The notes under the pieces were generated by a model that searched no databases, was not told the origin of the DNA, and saw only the letters and a program-made list of their open reading frames with translations. The position numbers and the translations under genes are program-made. From Paramecium tetraurelia (Eukaryota): 64,000 bases of DNA. Positions 12,211 to 25,992 of the stretch are shown here, piece by piece. The DNA lies in assembly GCA_000165425.1 (NCBI GenBank), contig CT868663.1, positions 186,001-250,000 of the forward strand, written 5' to 3'. Within the stretch, counting starts at the first letter, position 1; each line of letters starts with the position of its first letter.

Positions 12211-15066
12211 ATGTTTAGCATAGAAGAATTTATTAAACAATATTAGAATCTTGCAAATCCAGATAAGAGTATAAGTCAAGAAGCGAACAAATATATCCTT
12301 AAATTGCAACAAACTAAGGAAGCTTTCACTATTGCCTAACAAATATTAGATTAATAAAATATTTAATAAGAATACTAATTCATAGCTTGTTAATTGATTT
12401 ATAGAAGATTGAAGGAGGAATGTGATATTACCATACAACCTTATCTTTTAACTTTATTAGGAAGACCGCTATCAAACATTGCCTTGAATTAAGTTTGCTC
12501 CTCATTTGCAGTCATTATTGTAGGTAACTCTCAGCTTTGGAAAGGGTATCAGAGTATTATATATGCTTTTTAGAATACTATAGGAATTAATACAATTAAT
12601 GAAGGTAAAAATGCCAATAGGTATTGAAATTCTGAATTAAATTGCAATTTAAAGCAAAGAATGCCATTCAAAAAAAGAATAATAGAAATTGCAACTAGAA
12701 TTCTAGACACAAGAAAGTATACTTTCAGAAATATTTCTAAGTTTGTTATGTGTCTAGGATTTGAATATTTTTAAATAAACTATTTCATGCATTGAATCTT
12801 GGGTTTAGTTTTCATATAACTTATTCAAAGATTCAAAATTGATTCAACAAATAATAGTGTTAATATAACACGCTTTGTAAAATAATGCACTTGAATATTC
12901 TGATAAATTGTTCTCTTTACTATACGAAGCTGTTGCATACTCACAATATATTAAAAGTCCCATTACCGAGCCTATTGTGCAATAAAATTTAATTGCAATG
13001 CTCGAATTTATAATAAAGATTTATTCTCCTTAAATCTCAGTTATGTTTGCATCCTTTGCAACTAAGTTTATTTGTGACTTTTATCCAATCGTTTAAAATT
13101 CAAAGTATGAAGAACCAGTATTAACAATGATGGTCAATATTGTGAATAATCCTTAAAGGAAAATAGTATTCCAAACTTTTGAGTTTTGGAGTCTAATGAG
13201 ACAGAATAATTTGCTTCAAGGAATTGGGTTGAAGATATTACAATGTTTAATAGATAGATGCAAAGTAAAATCTATTAAATTAACCAAATAATTTCTATCA
13301 GGAGAATCTGAAGATGAAAATGACTTTTTTACTAAAACAGACTGCGAAAGTTAGGATTATAATATCTCTACTTCTGATTTTAGAGAACATTGTAAAGAAA
13401 TATTCATTAGCATATATAAGAGTGCTGAATAAATTAATTAAACGAATTCATTTTTTTAAATCATTTTATCAAACTTGGTTATCACTAATGCTGAGACCTC
13501 AGAATAGATTATTTAAAGTGAAGCAGCATTGTTTTGCCTTTGTTCAATTATAGATGAAGCAGACTTCTAAATTGACAACCCATTAGTGCTATAAATTATT
13601 TAATTCGTGCTTTAATTGTCAAACAGCTAGAATTTTGAAATTATTGTAAAAACAACCCTGTAAATGTTTAGCGGATTAACTAATTAATTAAATCTAAATA
13701 ATGAGTTATTGCTTTCTATTACAAAGTACTTCTTCCAGTATATGCTTCATCCTTTATTGGGATCTTTAGCTGGAATGTAAATATTTAATTTAATATAAGT
13801 GCCTTTGAATAAATTTGTAATAATGGGGAACTTAAGAATCAACAATTGATATCTGACTGTGTACTCTTCCTAGACCAACATTTTAATGATTTTATTAATT
13901 AATCTTAGTTAAGTAGTTTTGTTGAAGGCATATTGAAATTATGTTATCGAATTTATTCACAAGGGAATATAGATTGCATAATCCAGGTATTTAATTGATT
14001 AAATAATAGTTGTTCAACTTTGCAAATAACTAATTTCAACTATTTAACAATATTAGTTTATTGACTAAATAGCAATTCACTTATATCACTACTTTAATTA
14101 TTGCAATCTTAACTTGGATTAATTCTAATATTGAAGAAATAAGCCCTTAAGTAAAATAGATATCAGATTTGTTATGTTCTTCTATAAGTGAACCGTTAAT
14201 CAATCTATTTAAAGAATAATAAGGTTTGTCAAACAATGATGAACTATATTAATTAGTTAGGATGATAATGAAGGTATCAAACTATTAAACTCATTCCTAA
14301 TCTATTATATCATTACTGCAAATTTCATTTCAAATATTCTATCAAAATCCAATTTAAAAACATTAATGGTTGTAGTTAATCACAATTGCAATAGGTAGAA
14401 GTTCAGAATTTTAGTTTATTTCTTAATGGGCATTTTAAAGTAGTTAATAAATTCATTAATTTTGCATTGAGTAATTTAAGCACTGGAGAGATTCGGATTT
14501 GATGAAGGTTTATGTTGAATTTGTCAAAGAATGTACAAGATATTGTCAATAAACATTATTTCAATCCCCTTATCTGTTTTTAATAATAGAAGTAATTTGT
14601 GAAGCCTTTTTGACTTTGAATTCATATGAAATGCAAAGGGAAATTTTATAGTTTTTCAAGTATGTATCGATATAATTATGGTAGAACTTTGTCTCAATTT
14701 ATTGAAAAGGGATAGGATTACTTCAATTAAATTGTAATATAAATAGTTACGACTTTATTCCTGAGCATTTCAAACATCAATCGTGCTATTATCTTTTAGA
14801 TTATCTAGATTTTATAATTCATCTTAAAAAAGGAAATAAGCAGCGAGGAACTTAAGGAACTTATCTATTAGACATTGCTTAAAAGTTGGGGTGCTAACAA
14901 GAACCCATAGTAGGTTCAACTTGTAAGTCAAGCAATTGTGCACTATTTAAAAAAGACAGGAGATAATGGATTGAATAGAGAATTAAAATTATTATTGCAA
15001 AATCTGAGAGAAATGGGGGAGGAAGAGATCGATTATATGCATTTGGAAATGGTTATAAAACAATGA
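12211..15066 (+). CDS. importin-beta family karyopherin (importin-13/transportin-3-like)
   Basis: N-terminus ANPDKSISQEANKYILKLQQTKEAFTIAQQIL...QFIACQLIYRRL resembles IBN_N; long helical HEAT-like body with TFEFW and EAALFCL motifs; several short introns. Confidence 0.75.
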
Positions 15067-15115
15067 AGATGATCTATATTTCTATTTATTGTGTACGATA
15101 TTATTAGATTACATA

Positions 15116-16470
15116 TCATCTAAAATAATATAAAGCTCTTGCTGTTTAGCCTTAGACTTTTGATTCGTCTTCAGTCTATTAGGTCCAGTATTCTTCAAAC
15201 AAGGCTCTATCTTCAGGTTTTGAGGCATCAAGCTTTGTAAGTTGAAGGTATTCAAATGTTGGATGGTCTTTCTAGAAATTTAGAATGCACTAATACCAAA
15301 TATTATGGGACTTCAGTTCCTCTCCAGATCCAAGCACCACTGATTTCAAGATTTGGAACATCTCCATAGACACCATGGATGGCAAATGCCCATTTCTTGA
15401 AGTGTGGATCAGCTCTTTGTAAAAATCCATTGCAATTGTTTCTGAAGGAAATAAGTACTTTTCCTTCACCTTCTCCCTTAATGTATTTGACAATCCAGAT
15501 AGACCATCCTTATGAATCGAAGACAGTCCAGAAGTTTTAGAATTCAGCAGCTTAGTCTTTAGAAGCTAAGAATTATCTCTTCCAATCATCAATATTGAAT
15601 GTTGAGGGTGGTAAAGCATCAAACTCACAGACTTATTTCTTTGGCTTCTCTTCCTCTTCTTCATCAGCCTTTTATGGTTTTTCCTCCTTCTTTGGTTTCT
15701 CTTGTTTTGGTTATTATTATTAAGGCTATTTCTCTTTCTTTTCCTTCTTTTCATGATGTTCATGACCATGAGCATGTCCAGCAAATTACAATGCAGGGAA
15801 GGGTTTCTTTATATATCTTGTTCTTCCGAATAACTAAGTATTATTGAATTAAATACATTTAAGAAAGCTGGAAGCTCTGATACTTATTTATACCATCTAA
15901 GAATATTCACTAACTTAGCTCTGTCGTCTTCTCCATAAATGAATGAGAATATTCCTTAGAAGTATGAAGCCAAATTAATATCAGCTATTGTCAATTGATC
16001 ACCAACCAAGTATTAATTTTTGGCAAAATGGGCTTCCAATACTTTGAATTTCCAATCCAAATCAGCATGAGCTTGGGTTGCTTAAGTTGGGTTGATTGGG
16101 AAATGTCCGAAGACTGGCAACAAGAGTTGAATCAAAGATGGTTCGATTTCTCCAGATGTAAAGTCTAACCATTATTTGACTTTGGCTTATTGGAATTCAT
16201 TTGCTCCAACCAATGGTGTTCCTCTGACGACATATTAAAGGATGGCGTTGCTTTCAGTCAAAATTCCTTCGGGGGTCTCTAGAACAGGGACTTTGCCCAA
16301 TGGATTCTTGGCTAAGAATTCAGGTGTCTAGGAGGAATAGAGGAATTGAATACTTCCAAATCTTTCCATTCTAAGAGTTAGGAGGTAACATCGACGTTGG
16401 CGAGTTGAGCAGCAACAAGGATTTTATTTGCTCTAGGATTGCCAGAGATATAATTTAGTTTTAAAGACAT
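15116..16470 (-). CDS. EF1G: translation elongation factor 1-gamma (eEF1B-gamma)
   Basis: GST-N (EFLAKNPLGKVPVLETPEGILTESNAI), GST-C (YLVGDQLTIADI), K/E-rich linker, EF1G domain (FNIDDWKR, HPTFEY). Confidence 0.95.
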
Positions 16471-16493
16471 CTTAAATCTTAAATTTATTTATT

Positions 16494-16958
16494 TCAATTA
16501 TAATTAAAAGACTTTGATTTCTACAATGTTTTTTTCTCCATTTAAACAATAGAATCGATTTAGGTCTTATGTCTCTCTCTATCCGCTCTGATGTAGGCAT
16601 CTACTTTATAGAATTACACCCAAGCTTTGCCCTCTTACAATTGATCTAACTGCAATCATATATTGAGCAATCATACTTCATCTGATATTTCCTATTCCGT
16701 ATAACCTTGTTGTTTCACTATATCCCAAAAAGCTAACCATTCCTAAACCGTTATGTTTCCGCTTTTTTTGTAATCCACTTACGAAAACAAGGCTTCCGTA
16801 TTTAATTTGGCAAAGTTTGATTACCAAAATTGCAAAGTTCTCTCCTTGTCAATATACCCCTTGTTATGGATATCGATTTTTTAGAAGATCATGATAGCTT
16901 TTAATCGTAAATTTTCTGATATTTACTTATGTTCTGGTCGATTTGAGCAAGTTCCCAT
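16494..16958 (-). CDS. small EF-hand protein with N-terminal MGxC acylation motif
   Basis: MGTCS...; loops DIHNKGYIDKE and DYKKSGNITVQEW; one intron. Confidence 0.8.
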
Positions 16959-17159
16959 TTTTAATAAAAATATAATATGTAATACCTGAATCAACATAAA
17001 TCTATTTTACTTATAACTAGTAAAAGATAACACTCTCTTGAGATTAAATATCAAAAATACAGTTGGGAATCCTTTATCACTCCTTATGTAGATTAGTAGA
17101 AGCCTCACGTTCATCATTTTATCAATTGAAGTTACATATATATTAATTTTATTATGACA

Positions 17160-18235
17160 TCACTATTATGATAGATCAAATTGTTTCTCCTTTAACAATT
17201 GTATGCTCTTATCCCACAACTGTGCTGCTAATTGTTCATTAGCAAACATTGGAGTTTATAAAGAGCAATCCTTATAATATCCTCCTGTTTACAAATTTTC
17301 TTTGTCTTCCAATGATAGGTATAAAGTGGTTTAAGCTCCTTACTCTGGGGATTTGGTAAAGTACCACCAAAATGGGTAAATCAAAAAATAAATGATTTTC
17401 CTCCAGCCTCCATATATTTCAATAAATAAATCTGTTCTGACTACTCCAGGATGAAGCGAACTATGATATTTTAGATTCATACTATGCAGGTATTCCATAT
17501 TTCTTAGTAAATTCCATGGCGTGTAATATATTACATAATTTTGAATAGCTGTATGCTTTCAATGTGTATCTTGTGGACCATAAAGATGAATTTGCAAATC
17601 GATTACAATCTAAATCGTTTAGATCAAAACCATCACTAGATTTATGAGCCATAGATGAGACATTCACTAATCTTGGATTTTAGGAATTTTTTAAAAATGG
17701 TAGCTACTTTAATATGAGCAAATACTAATTTTTGACCTAAGTAAAAGTGACCAATATGATTTGTTCCAAATTGAATTTCGAATCCCTGTTTACTAATCTT
17801 GTATTCCTTTGGTGCCATAATTCCTGCATTGTTTATTAAAACATCTATATGCTAGATATTTAGTGCTTTGAATTATTAAACAAAGGAGTCAATGTCTCTA
17901 AGATCAGTGAGATCAAGCTTCAACATTACAAGTCTCTAATTCCCTCTTGATTCCGACCTTATTTGATCTAGGATTTGCTAAGCCTTAAATAGATCTCGAC
18001 AACCAATTATTATATCAGCACCCATCTCTCCTAGCTTTTTAGCAGTTTCTGCTCCAATTCCAGCGTTGCCACCTCATATGTGAATGAATCTCATACCTGT
18101 TATCAAAACTACCTTCCCAGTCATATCTTTCCTGACTTTGCAGACTCCTCCATTAATGTATTGCTTCAAAAAATAGAGGCACGTAACCCCAACTAGTGTG
18201 CCTCCAATAATATATAAATACAATAAATTATTCAT
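17160..18235 (-). CDS. short-chain dehydrogenase/reductase (retinol dehydrogenase-like)
   Basis: N-terminal membrane anchor, [33 protein letters not shown] catalytic motif, LHPGVVRT. Confidence 0.93.
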
Positions 18236-18832
18236 TTCTAATTATATATAAATATAAGGATATGTGAGTGTAATATATAAATAAGATTTTCTTCATACAA
18301 TAATTTAAATCATTGTAACAAATAACATTCTATTTTTATTATACTAAGATATATTGAATCTTCGATTCTCTATTTGCTCTTTCTATGATTAATGAATTAG
18401 TTTAAAAATCAATTTTTTTTCAATTAAAAATTTATAAAATAAATAACTGAAATGTAATATTATAATTCACAATTTCTAGTCAAATTAGGATAATAATTTA
18501 GAATATAATTTATTATTTTTCAATAAATAATTAAAATACTGATTAGCTAATACAAATAATTTATTTGAATAAAATCGAATCCAATAACATTTAGACAACT
18601 ATTATTGATGCCTTAAATTTGAACATTTCCCTTTTTTTATCAACCGTATTCTAAATTGATTATATACGGTATTTAATCATATAATCAATAATGTATATGA
18701 AAATGTTCTATTAGTTTTTTCTACATGCTTCCTTGTTATTTTTCAAAAAAGTCTATTTATACTAATCAAGCCGCCATTTATTTCTTATTTTACCAATTCA
18801 CTTATATGATTTAAGATTATATTATTTATTTA

Positions 18833-19888
18833 ATGCAGAGTTTTCAATCCGATCTTAAATATATACGTGAGGCACTCAATCTATTAATTGATAAGCTCTT
18901 ACCTTACATAGAGCAGAAGCAAATTCTCTAATTTTGCAAAGTATTGAAGAATAAAATAGCCGATGAAAAAGTAACCCCATTTTCTATATACATGGAAACT
19001 TAAAAAAATTTCGAAGGAAGTCAAACCAAGCCTGTCAGATTGAACAATACATCTGATGAGAAGTTTACGAACTCAGTTCTAAGCAAACTAAAATAGGCAT
19101 AGACTGAATTCAAGAATAATACCCAACAATTTACTTCCATTTATAATTCAGTGAAAGAGAATGTCGAATCTGTCTATGTTACAAGTTAAGAGCTATAAAT
19201 AATGATGAATGAGAAGCAATTATAGATGTAAAACAAAGCAGAACAAAGATAAGATTAAATTCGAAGAGTCTCAATCTATAGTAAATAAAACAAGCAATAA
19301 ACAGATGCTGATGTCCAAGAAGAAAAGCCTAAAGAGTATAAAACAGAGATTAAATCAGAAGATAAAAATGTGATCAAATCTGATAACAAAATTGGTTCAA
19401 AAAACGACTTAAAATTGGAACCTAAGAGTGATATTAAAACAGACTTTAAATATTCATTCGAAGGCTCTAAGAGGGATTTATTTTCTACTTAAGAGTAAAT
19501 CCCTAATCAAAGGATTACTCCCACAAATTAATAGTAAGGCTAAATTAAAGTTGAGAAACCCTTTACTCAATAATCTCCATTATGCTATTAATAACTCAAA
19601 CCCTAGAACATCACCCCCTAAACATCGAATAATTATCCCAAAACTTCCCCTAATTCATATACTTAATTACCTCCATAGAAAAATTCTCAAACAACTCCTT
19701 TCACTTATGTTCAATAATCATCATTAGGATAAATTTTATATACTCAAAGTGATTCAAAATAAAATTCTCAAATGGGATCCTATGTTCCAAACTATGACTT
19801 ATTGGCTAGAGTAGACTAGTTGCTTTAAAAGACCAAAATTGGTACTTAACCTTAGAATAACATCCCTTGCTTAACAAATAGAATATGA
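18833..19888 (+). CDS. hypothetical coiled-coil protein with Gln/Pro/Tyr-rich C-terminal half
   Basis: Long ciliate-code frame MQSFQSDLKYIREALN..., ending at TGA 19886-19888. Confidence 0.65.
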
Positions 19889-21164
19889 TTAAATACAATT
19901 GAATTTATAATTATAAACATTTCAATTTATCAATTATATTTCATAAGGTATTAGCATTTATTATAAAAATTCAACTTATTTTACTAAAAAATAATAATAT
20001 CAATATTATGTTAAATGTTAAGTAAATTACAAATAGCATTGGAACTAAAAGGAACACTTTATTCAGCTTTGGAATCTTGAGTGATATTTTTATTATCAGA
20101 TTAGAATCATATAAAACAATCTTAAAATAGAGAAAAATCATAAATTTTGTAATAAGGTTTAGATTAAAGCAATGCTTGAGGCGAAATAAGAAATGAATAT
20201 ATAATATTAAAGGATATTTCGAAATTACTTTTGAAAAATTCACTAAAATCATATTTTCTGAAATATATTAATAAATTAAGCCCTAGTTCCAATACAACCT
20301 TTTAGATATTTAGTTTGAATGAATATTACAAGAATTATGAATTCAAAACAAATTATTTATAAATGCAATTATTTTCAAGTTATTTCTTTGGATATTTGAT
20401 CTTGTAACACTAAAATATAATTAATCTTAAAAGAGAACCCCTTACCTTTTGTCAGATATATAGCTACATATGTAGTATGAAATAGAATTGATAAAGCATT
20501 AATTCTTTAATAGTTACAAATTATTGAGTTTGATAGGATGTTGAAAACGAAGTTGAAGATGAAAATTATTATATATTTTAGACCTAACCGTTATAATATG
20601 CAAGAAATGACCTTTTTGAGTTCTTCTAGTTATACTTTATTATTTATGTTAATACAGTTAACGAATCAAGGTATAATTGAAAATAAAAGGAATTTTACAA
20701 AGAATGATATTATACAGTAATTATAAAAATTAATTAAGAAAAGTTTTAAGTCCAATCAAGCATTTAGACAAAATCCTTCATCTTCTAGTCCTAAAATACT
20801 ATATAGGAATCACAACTATATATTTAATCTTAATTAAATTTCAGAAAGTTATTATTCTATAATTGTGTTGAAGTTACAACTTTAACTAATCTATCGCTTG
20901 CATATTTTTTAATTAACTATTTCTGGAATCTGATCTCTGGAACAAATCTAATATAGTATCTGCAATTTAATAAATCATCAGAAATCAAATTCTCTAGCTC
21001 GAATTTAAATTAATATTATACTTAAGATCGTTATATGAATTTTTACTAATGTAGAAAAAGCAAATAAGAATTTACATCGCATTCAATTAAAATAATTATT
21101 TCCGAGTATATAATCGCTTTGGATTCAGATTATATTCGTTTATTTTATTAATCATTATTACAAT

Positions 21165-22878
21165 ATGGGATCATGCTAAGGGACTTCTTTAGATGTATAA
21201 TAAGATATGAGAATGAGAGAAATCATGACCAAATTTTAAGTTCCTATGCCATATGTAGATGAGTATAAAATATTCTAGACAATGAAGTAGGTAGAAATGT
21301 AATTATTTACTAATACTTCCTATAGCATTTAGCATAATAAAATTCCTCATTTCGACTTAATATATTCGAAAATGGGAGATTCATCGGATAAAATGAAGAA
21401 TCTAGTTAAGAAATGGAGAACAAAATACGAATTGCATAATCACCCAAATCTACTATCTATACACAATGTTTCGATTATTGAATCTATGAAAATATTTATA
21501 CCTTACACCGACATAATACTACTAATGGACAAACCAGTACAACCTCTAACAAGGCATAAAAAAGTCATCATGAAATAACCATTTTCATAGAATGAGATTT
21601 TGTTCTTATTAGATTGTGTAGTCTCTGGTCTAGCATTTCAGCAATAAAATAAAATTTATCCGTCTGGATTCGACATTGATGACATTGTAACTGTTAAAAC
21701 TCCATTTAACACTGAAATTTATAAGTTGGTCGATAGGTACTAGAAACCGATTCGCACAAATTTGTTTTAAGATTTCATTTAGCTCTATGATGATAAATAA
21801 AGTATAAAGAATGTGCATTTAATATATTAGCTTTGAACGAATTAAAAAAAACAGCGTTATTTTCTCCAGCTCAGATTGAAGCTATTCCAAAGAAAGACAA
21901 GGTTACAAATATACCTATTTTTAGTATCTAAAACACAATAGATATAAATCAGATGTGTTCAATTTCGGTCTTATTTTGATATACTTGATATAAGCTAAAC
22001 ATCCAGAAGTTTATGACTGGAAAAGGTGGTAAGTTGATGATTTTGCTTTGAGAAGGGTTCAAGATGATCTTATCGTAACAAATTTGGATGAATAATTATT
22101 ACGTCTTATTGATCTGATGTTAACAATAGATGAAAACAAAAGACCAGACTTCGTAGAATTAGATGATATGGTCAGTAAATTATTTTAAGGTCTCTAAATG
22201 CATCGATTGTAAGAAAAATATTAAACATAAGACTTTTTTATTGTTTCATTTGATAAGCATTTGGAAAACAAAAATGAGATTCTTAGTGACAATAATATCT
22301 ATCAAACTAAATAATCAAAATAACCTACCCCAATTGTGTCATAAAATTTGATAAAATCATCTTAATAATAAACATAATATCTAAGAATTGAAAAAGTTAA
22401 ATAAAACGATATAAGCCAAGCATCTATTAAAGAATAATAGAATTAAATTTAAAACAAATTCGATAATACCCTAACTGTATCATAAGGAAAGTTACATTAT
22501 TCAAATGGATTTTATTACATTGGTTAAATATGTAACAGAAGAAGACATGGGGTAGGTACTTATTATAATTCTGATAATCAAAAGGTTACTGAAGGGATGT
22601 GGGTATTTGACATTCCTGAAGGAGATGTTGTACAGTATAATTAACCTAAGGAAGAAAAGGAAAAGAGTCATTTGAATATGTCAAGAAAAGATTGGCTCCA
22701 GTATAAGGGATAAATGAAACAGGGGCAAAAAAATGGAATCGGAGTTCTTTACTTTTCTGATGGATCAAAATATATGGGCAATTTCTCATGTGATTAAGCA
22801 CATGGAAAGGGCTAATTTGAATATTAAAATAAAGAATAAATTATTGGAACATGGTAGCATGACATATTCAATAGTTGA
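21165..22878 (+). CDS. degenerate kinase-like domain plus C-terminal MORN repeats
   Basis: MGSC start; kinase remnants HNHPNLLSI, KSDVFNFGLIL, MLTIDENKRPDF without HRD/DFG; MORN repeats YIGQICNRRRHGVG, YKGQMKQGQKNGIG, YMGQFSCDQAHGKG. Confidence 0.8.
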
Positions 22879-24068
22879 TTAAACTTTTACATTAATATTG
22901 TTATGAATGACCTTATAAAAATTAAAATTTTACAAATTATTCTTTATTTAATTAATTATTTTTATATTTTAAAATTGTATCCCCTAAAATAATAATTATA
23001 AAAATGATTAAAAGTCATGATAAATCATTAAATAATATAAAGTAAAACAAACAGAATGATTTTTATTGATTGTCTCATAAGGGTTCTAAGAGACAATGTA
23101 GAAAAAATAAATTAATTAACATCAATTATTCTACTCAAAATTCTTAAATTAAAGATATAAAAGCAAGCGAAGAGACTGATTTTAAGCTCAAAAACCAAGA
23201 TTATCAATATCAATCCAAGCGAAAAAAGAAACAAATGTAAATGATAAAAATATCTAATGCTTATAGAAGAACTTTGTGCTTAACTTCTGAAATTATAGAA
23301 TCTGTACACAATAAGATCTGTACGAGTCAGTCTAATAGGATCATGGTTATTTATTTTCAACTTTTGTTAATTATTTGGTATAAAATGTAAGACTTAGAAA
23401 GACTTAATCACAAAAAAAAATTCTATTCTGAAAAATATAAAAACCTTAGATTGTTATAAAAAGTGAAATTTTGACTTAAATGTCTAATTCAAAATGTGAA
23501 AAAGAAATAAAGGGAAGTATGGATATTGAAAATAAAATTAATAATAGTTAGAGCCTATTTTAGTTAAAATGCTTGAATTTTAAGGCATATCTCCTCAATA
23601 ATGATTCTGCTTAAAAAGTCGGCTTTGCATTTTATATAAAGAAGTTCTCAATAAAAGAATTCCTATTAATATATTTAATCTGCTTTTGATAAACCTTTTT
23701 AACATTAGGATTTTAAGAAGTTGAATTGCTTAGTTAACCAAATAATAATAATTCAATTAAACATTTTCAATTAATAGTAATTTCAAAGAGAGTGGAGAAA
23801 TCTTAAATAATTTTGATTATTTAAATCATATTTTAATATTTTCCTTTAATCGATTATCTATATATTGAAAATCAATTCGAAAGTAATTATCTATTTTCAC
23901 TATAAGTTTTGTTATTTTACTCTTATATATTTTTAAAATTATATTTAATTATCAACAATGATCCTTCAATTATATCATTTATAACAATAGACAATTATCT
24001 TTGTAGATATTATAACATACTATATAATACAGTTTTGATTTAATAATAAAATCCAATAATTACTAAAA

Positions 24069-25464
24069 ATGTCCCTTATTAAATGCTTTGCATTGTATGA
24101 CTGTTCAAAAGAATAGTTCTATTTAAGTTCAGGTGATAAGGCTTTCCTTGCTTCCTAAATAAGCAATATGAAACTAGAATTGCAGTCCAAGTTTATTGCG
24201 ATCAAATCTTAACTCCCTCAATCATTTTAATTTAAATCAACATTAGGATGCTATCTATGTTAACGCGATGCTACTTAAAGTAATATTGCTATTTTATGCT
24301 GAAGGATACTATTTTATATTACTTTCTAATCCTGAATTACAAGAAAAGTGCTAAGCGAAAACGTTGGATTAGATCTCTAAGTATATTCAAGAAGTTCCCA
24401 AATATATTTAAGTACATCAGGTTATTACTAAATTAGTTGTCATCTGAAGAGCTTTAAAATTAAAAACAGAGGGCAATTGAAAATTTAATTGAAGAGTGTG
24501 AGAATCAATTAAGGAGAGACACTAAGGCCAATCATGATTCTGTCATTGATTACGAATAAGGGGGACTTCTTATTTCAAATTCAGGTAATGTGTTTAATTC
24601 AAACCAAAATTTATTACAAAGCTAAGCAGTAAAATAATGTATTATTCAAGAACTTCAAACATGGATTCAATACAGAAAAAGATTTCAGCATCGAAACCTT
24701 GACCAAGGTTTTCAGATGCTTTATGATGTATGATTATAATAGACAATTCTTTTTCATGTTCATCAGAAGAGGGTTTCCTATTGATAAAACATGGTCAACT
24801 GAAAGAAACAAATTAGAAAAAGAAATAATGAAGAAACTCCTAGATCCAGATGATCCTAAAGCAAAACCTTAGGAACCACCTTTAAGTTTCAAATATAAAG
24901 GGGATTTTGGAGTTTATTAAGCTAAATATGATAAAGCAGCAAGTATATTATTTTCGAATTGATTTTAGAATGTTATTTTATACTACTATCAAGATTTGGT
25001 GTCAAAGAGGATTACTAAAAATCTCTTGTAGATAAAATATATGATGAGATCCAAAAAATTAAAAACTATATTACAGTACTAAAAAACCTTATTATTAGCT
25101 TAAATATGATTCTTTGGAACACAAAGTGAAGAGAAATGTTGAATAGATGATTAATCATTATGAGGAGGAAATCATATAATATATGGATTAGAATTTGGTT
25201 GATTAAAAGTTGTTTGAAAAGAAATATCAAAAATTATAATAGAATTCAGTTTAAATTTATTAAGAAGAAAAAAGATCCCCTTTGGTGGAACAACAAAATA
25301 ATGATATGAAGGATGCCTTAATTATATAATAATAGTACATATTAGATGAAGAGGATATAATACCTTAGATGACTGAATTAAATGAAAAAAACGATAAGCA
25401 ACAGTTATATTACTCACACAATAGCTTAACCAACAATAAGATGAAAAAAATGAGGTCATCATGA
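24069..25464 (+). CDS. protein with two tandem longin-like domains
   Basis: Two internally homologous units (LIKCFALYD / VFRCFMMYD; YYFILLS / CYFILLS) with matching intron positions; five introns; TGA 25462-25464. Confidence 0.7.
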
Positions 25465-25761
25465 TATTTCAAATTAATATTATTTTATTTAAATCTTATC
25501 TTAAATGCAATCAAATTAAATCATGAAACTCTTATTTGAAGTACAATTATTATTTGTAAGAAATGCATCAGAAAATATTATTATATAAAATTTCCATTTA
25601 AATTAAAATACAAGTTGATTTTATCATATATAAATTTGATATATTCTGATTAATCTAATACATTAAAGTTTAATAAATTAATATAAACACACCAGAATTT
25701 GATATTATCTGAATTTATAACTACAATTTCCATTTAAATTATTATAATTAATCTTGATTTT

Positions 25762-25992
25762 ATGAAACCATTATTTAGAGAATAAATTAATAAAAAGAGC
25801 TAAAACTAACCTAAGGGCACAATGATTAATAAAAAAATAACAAAGAAAATTGGACCAAGATTGACAAGAACAATTAAAGAGACATTGAAAAATGCTCAAG
25901 TCACTCAACCTAGTGCTGGTATGAGAAAATTACCAAGATAGAATAGAAGAAATAAATTAGCTAGATAGTACCTTTTAAGAAGAAAGCTTTGA
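25762..25992 (+). CDS. small Lys/Arg-rich protein (76 aa)
   Basis: MKPLFREQINKK...RKLPRQNRRNKLARQYLLRRKL-TGA, flanked by very AT-rich DNA. Confidence 0.5.

Noticed and set aside
24298..24304. In-frame TGA after a Cys codon as possible selenocysteine
   Set aside because: It lies inside a 25-nt GT-AG intron whose removal restores homology with the second repeat.
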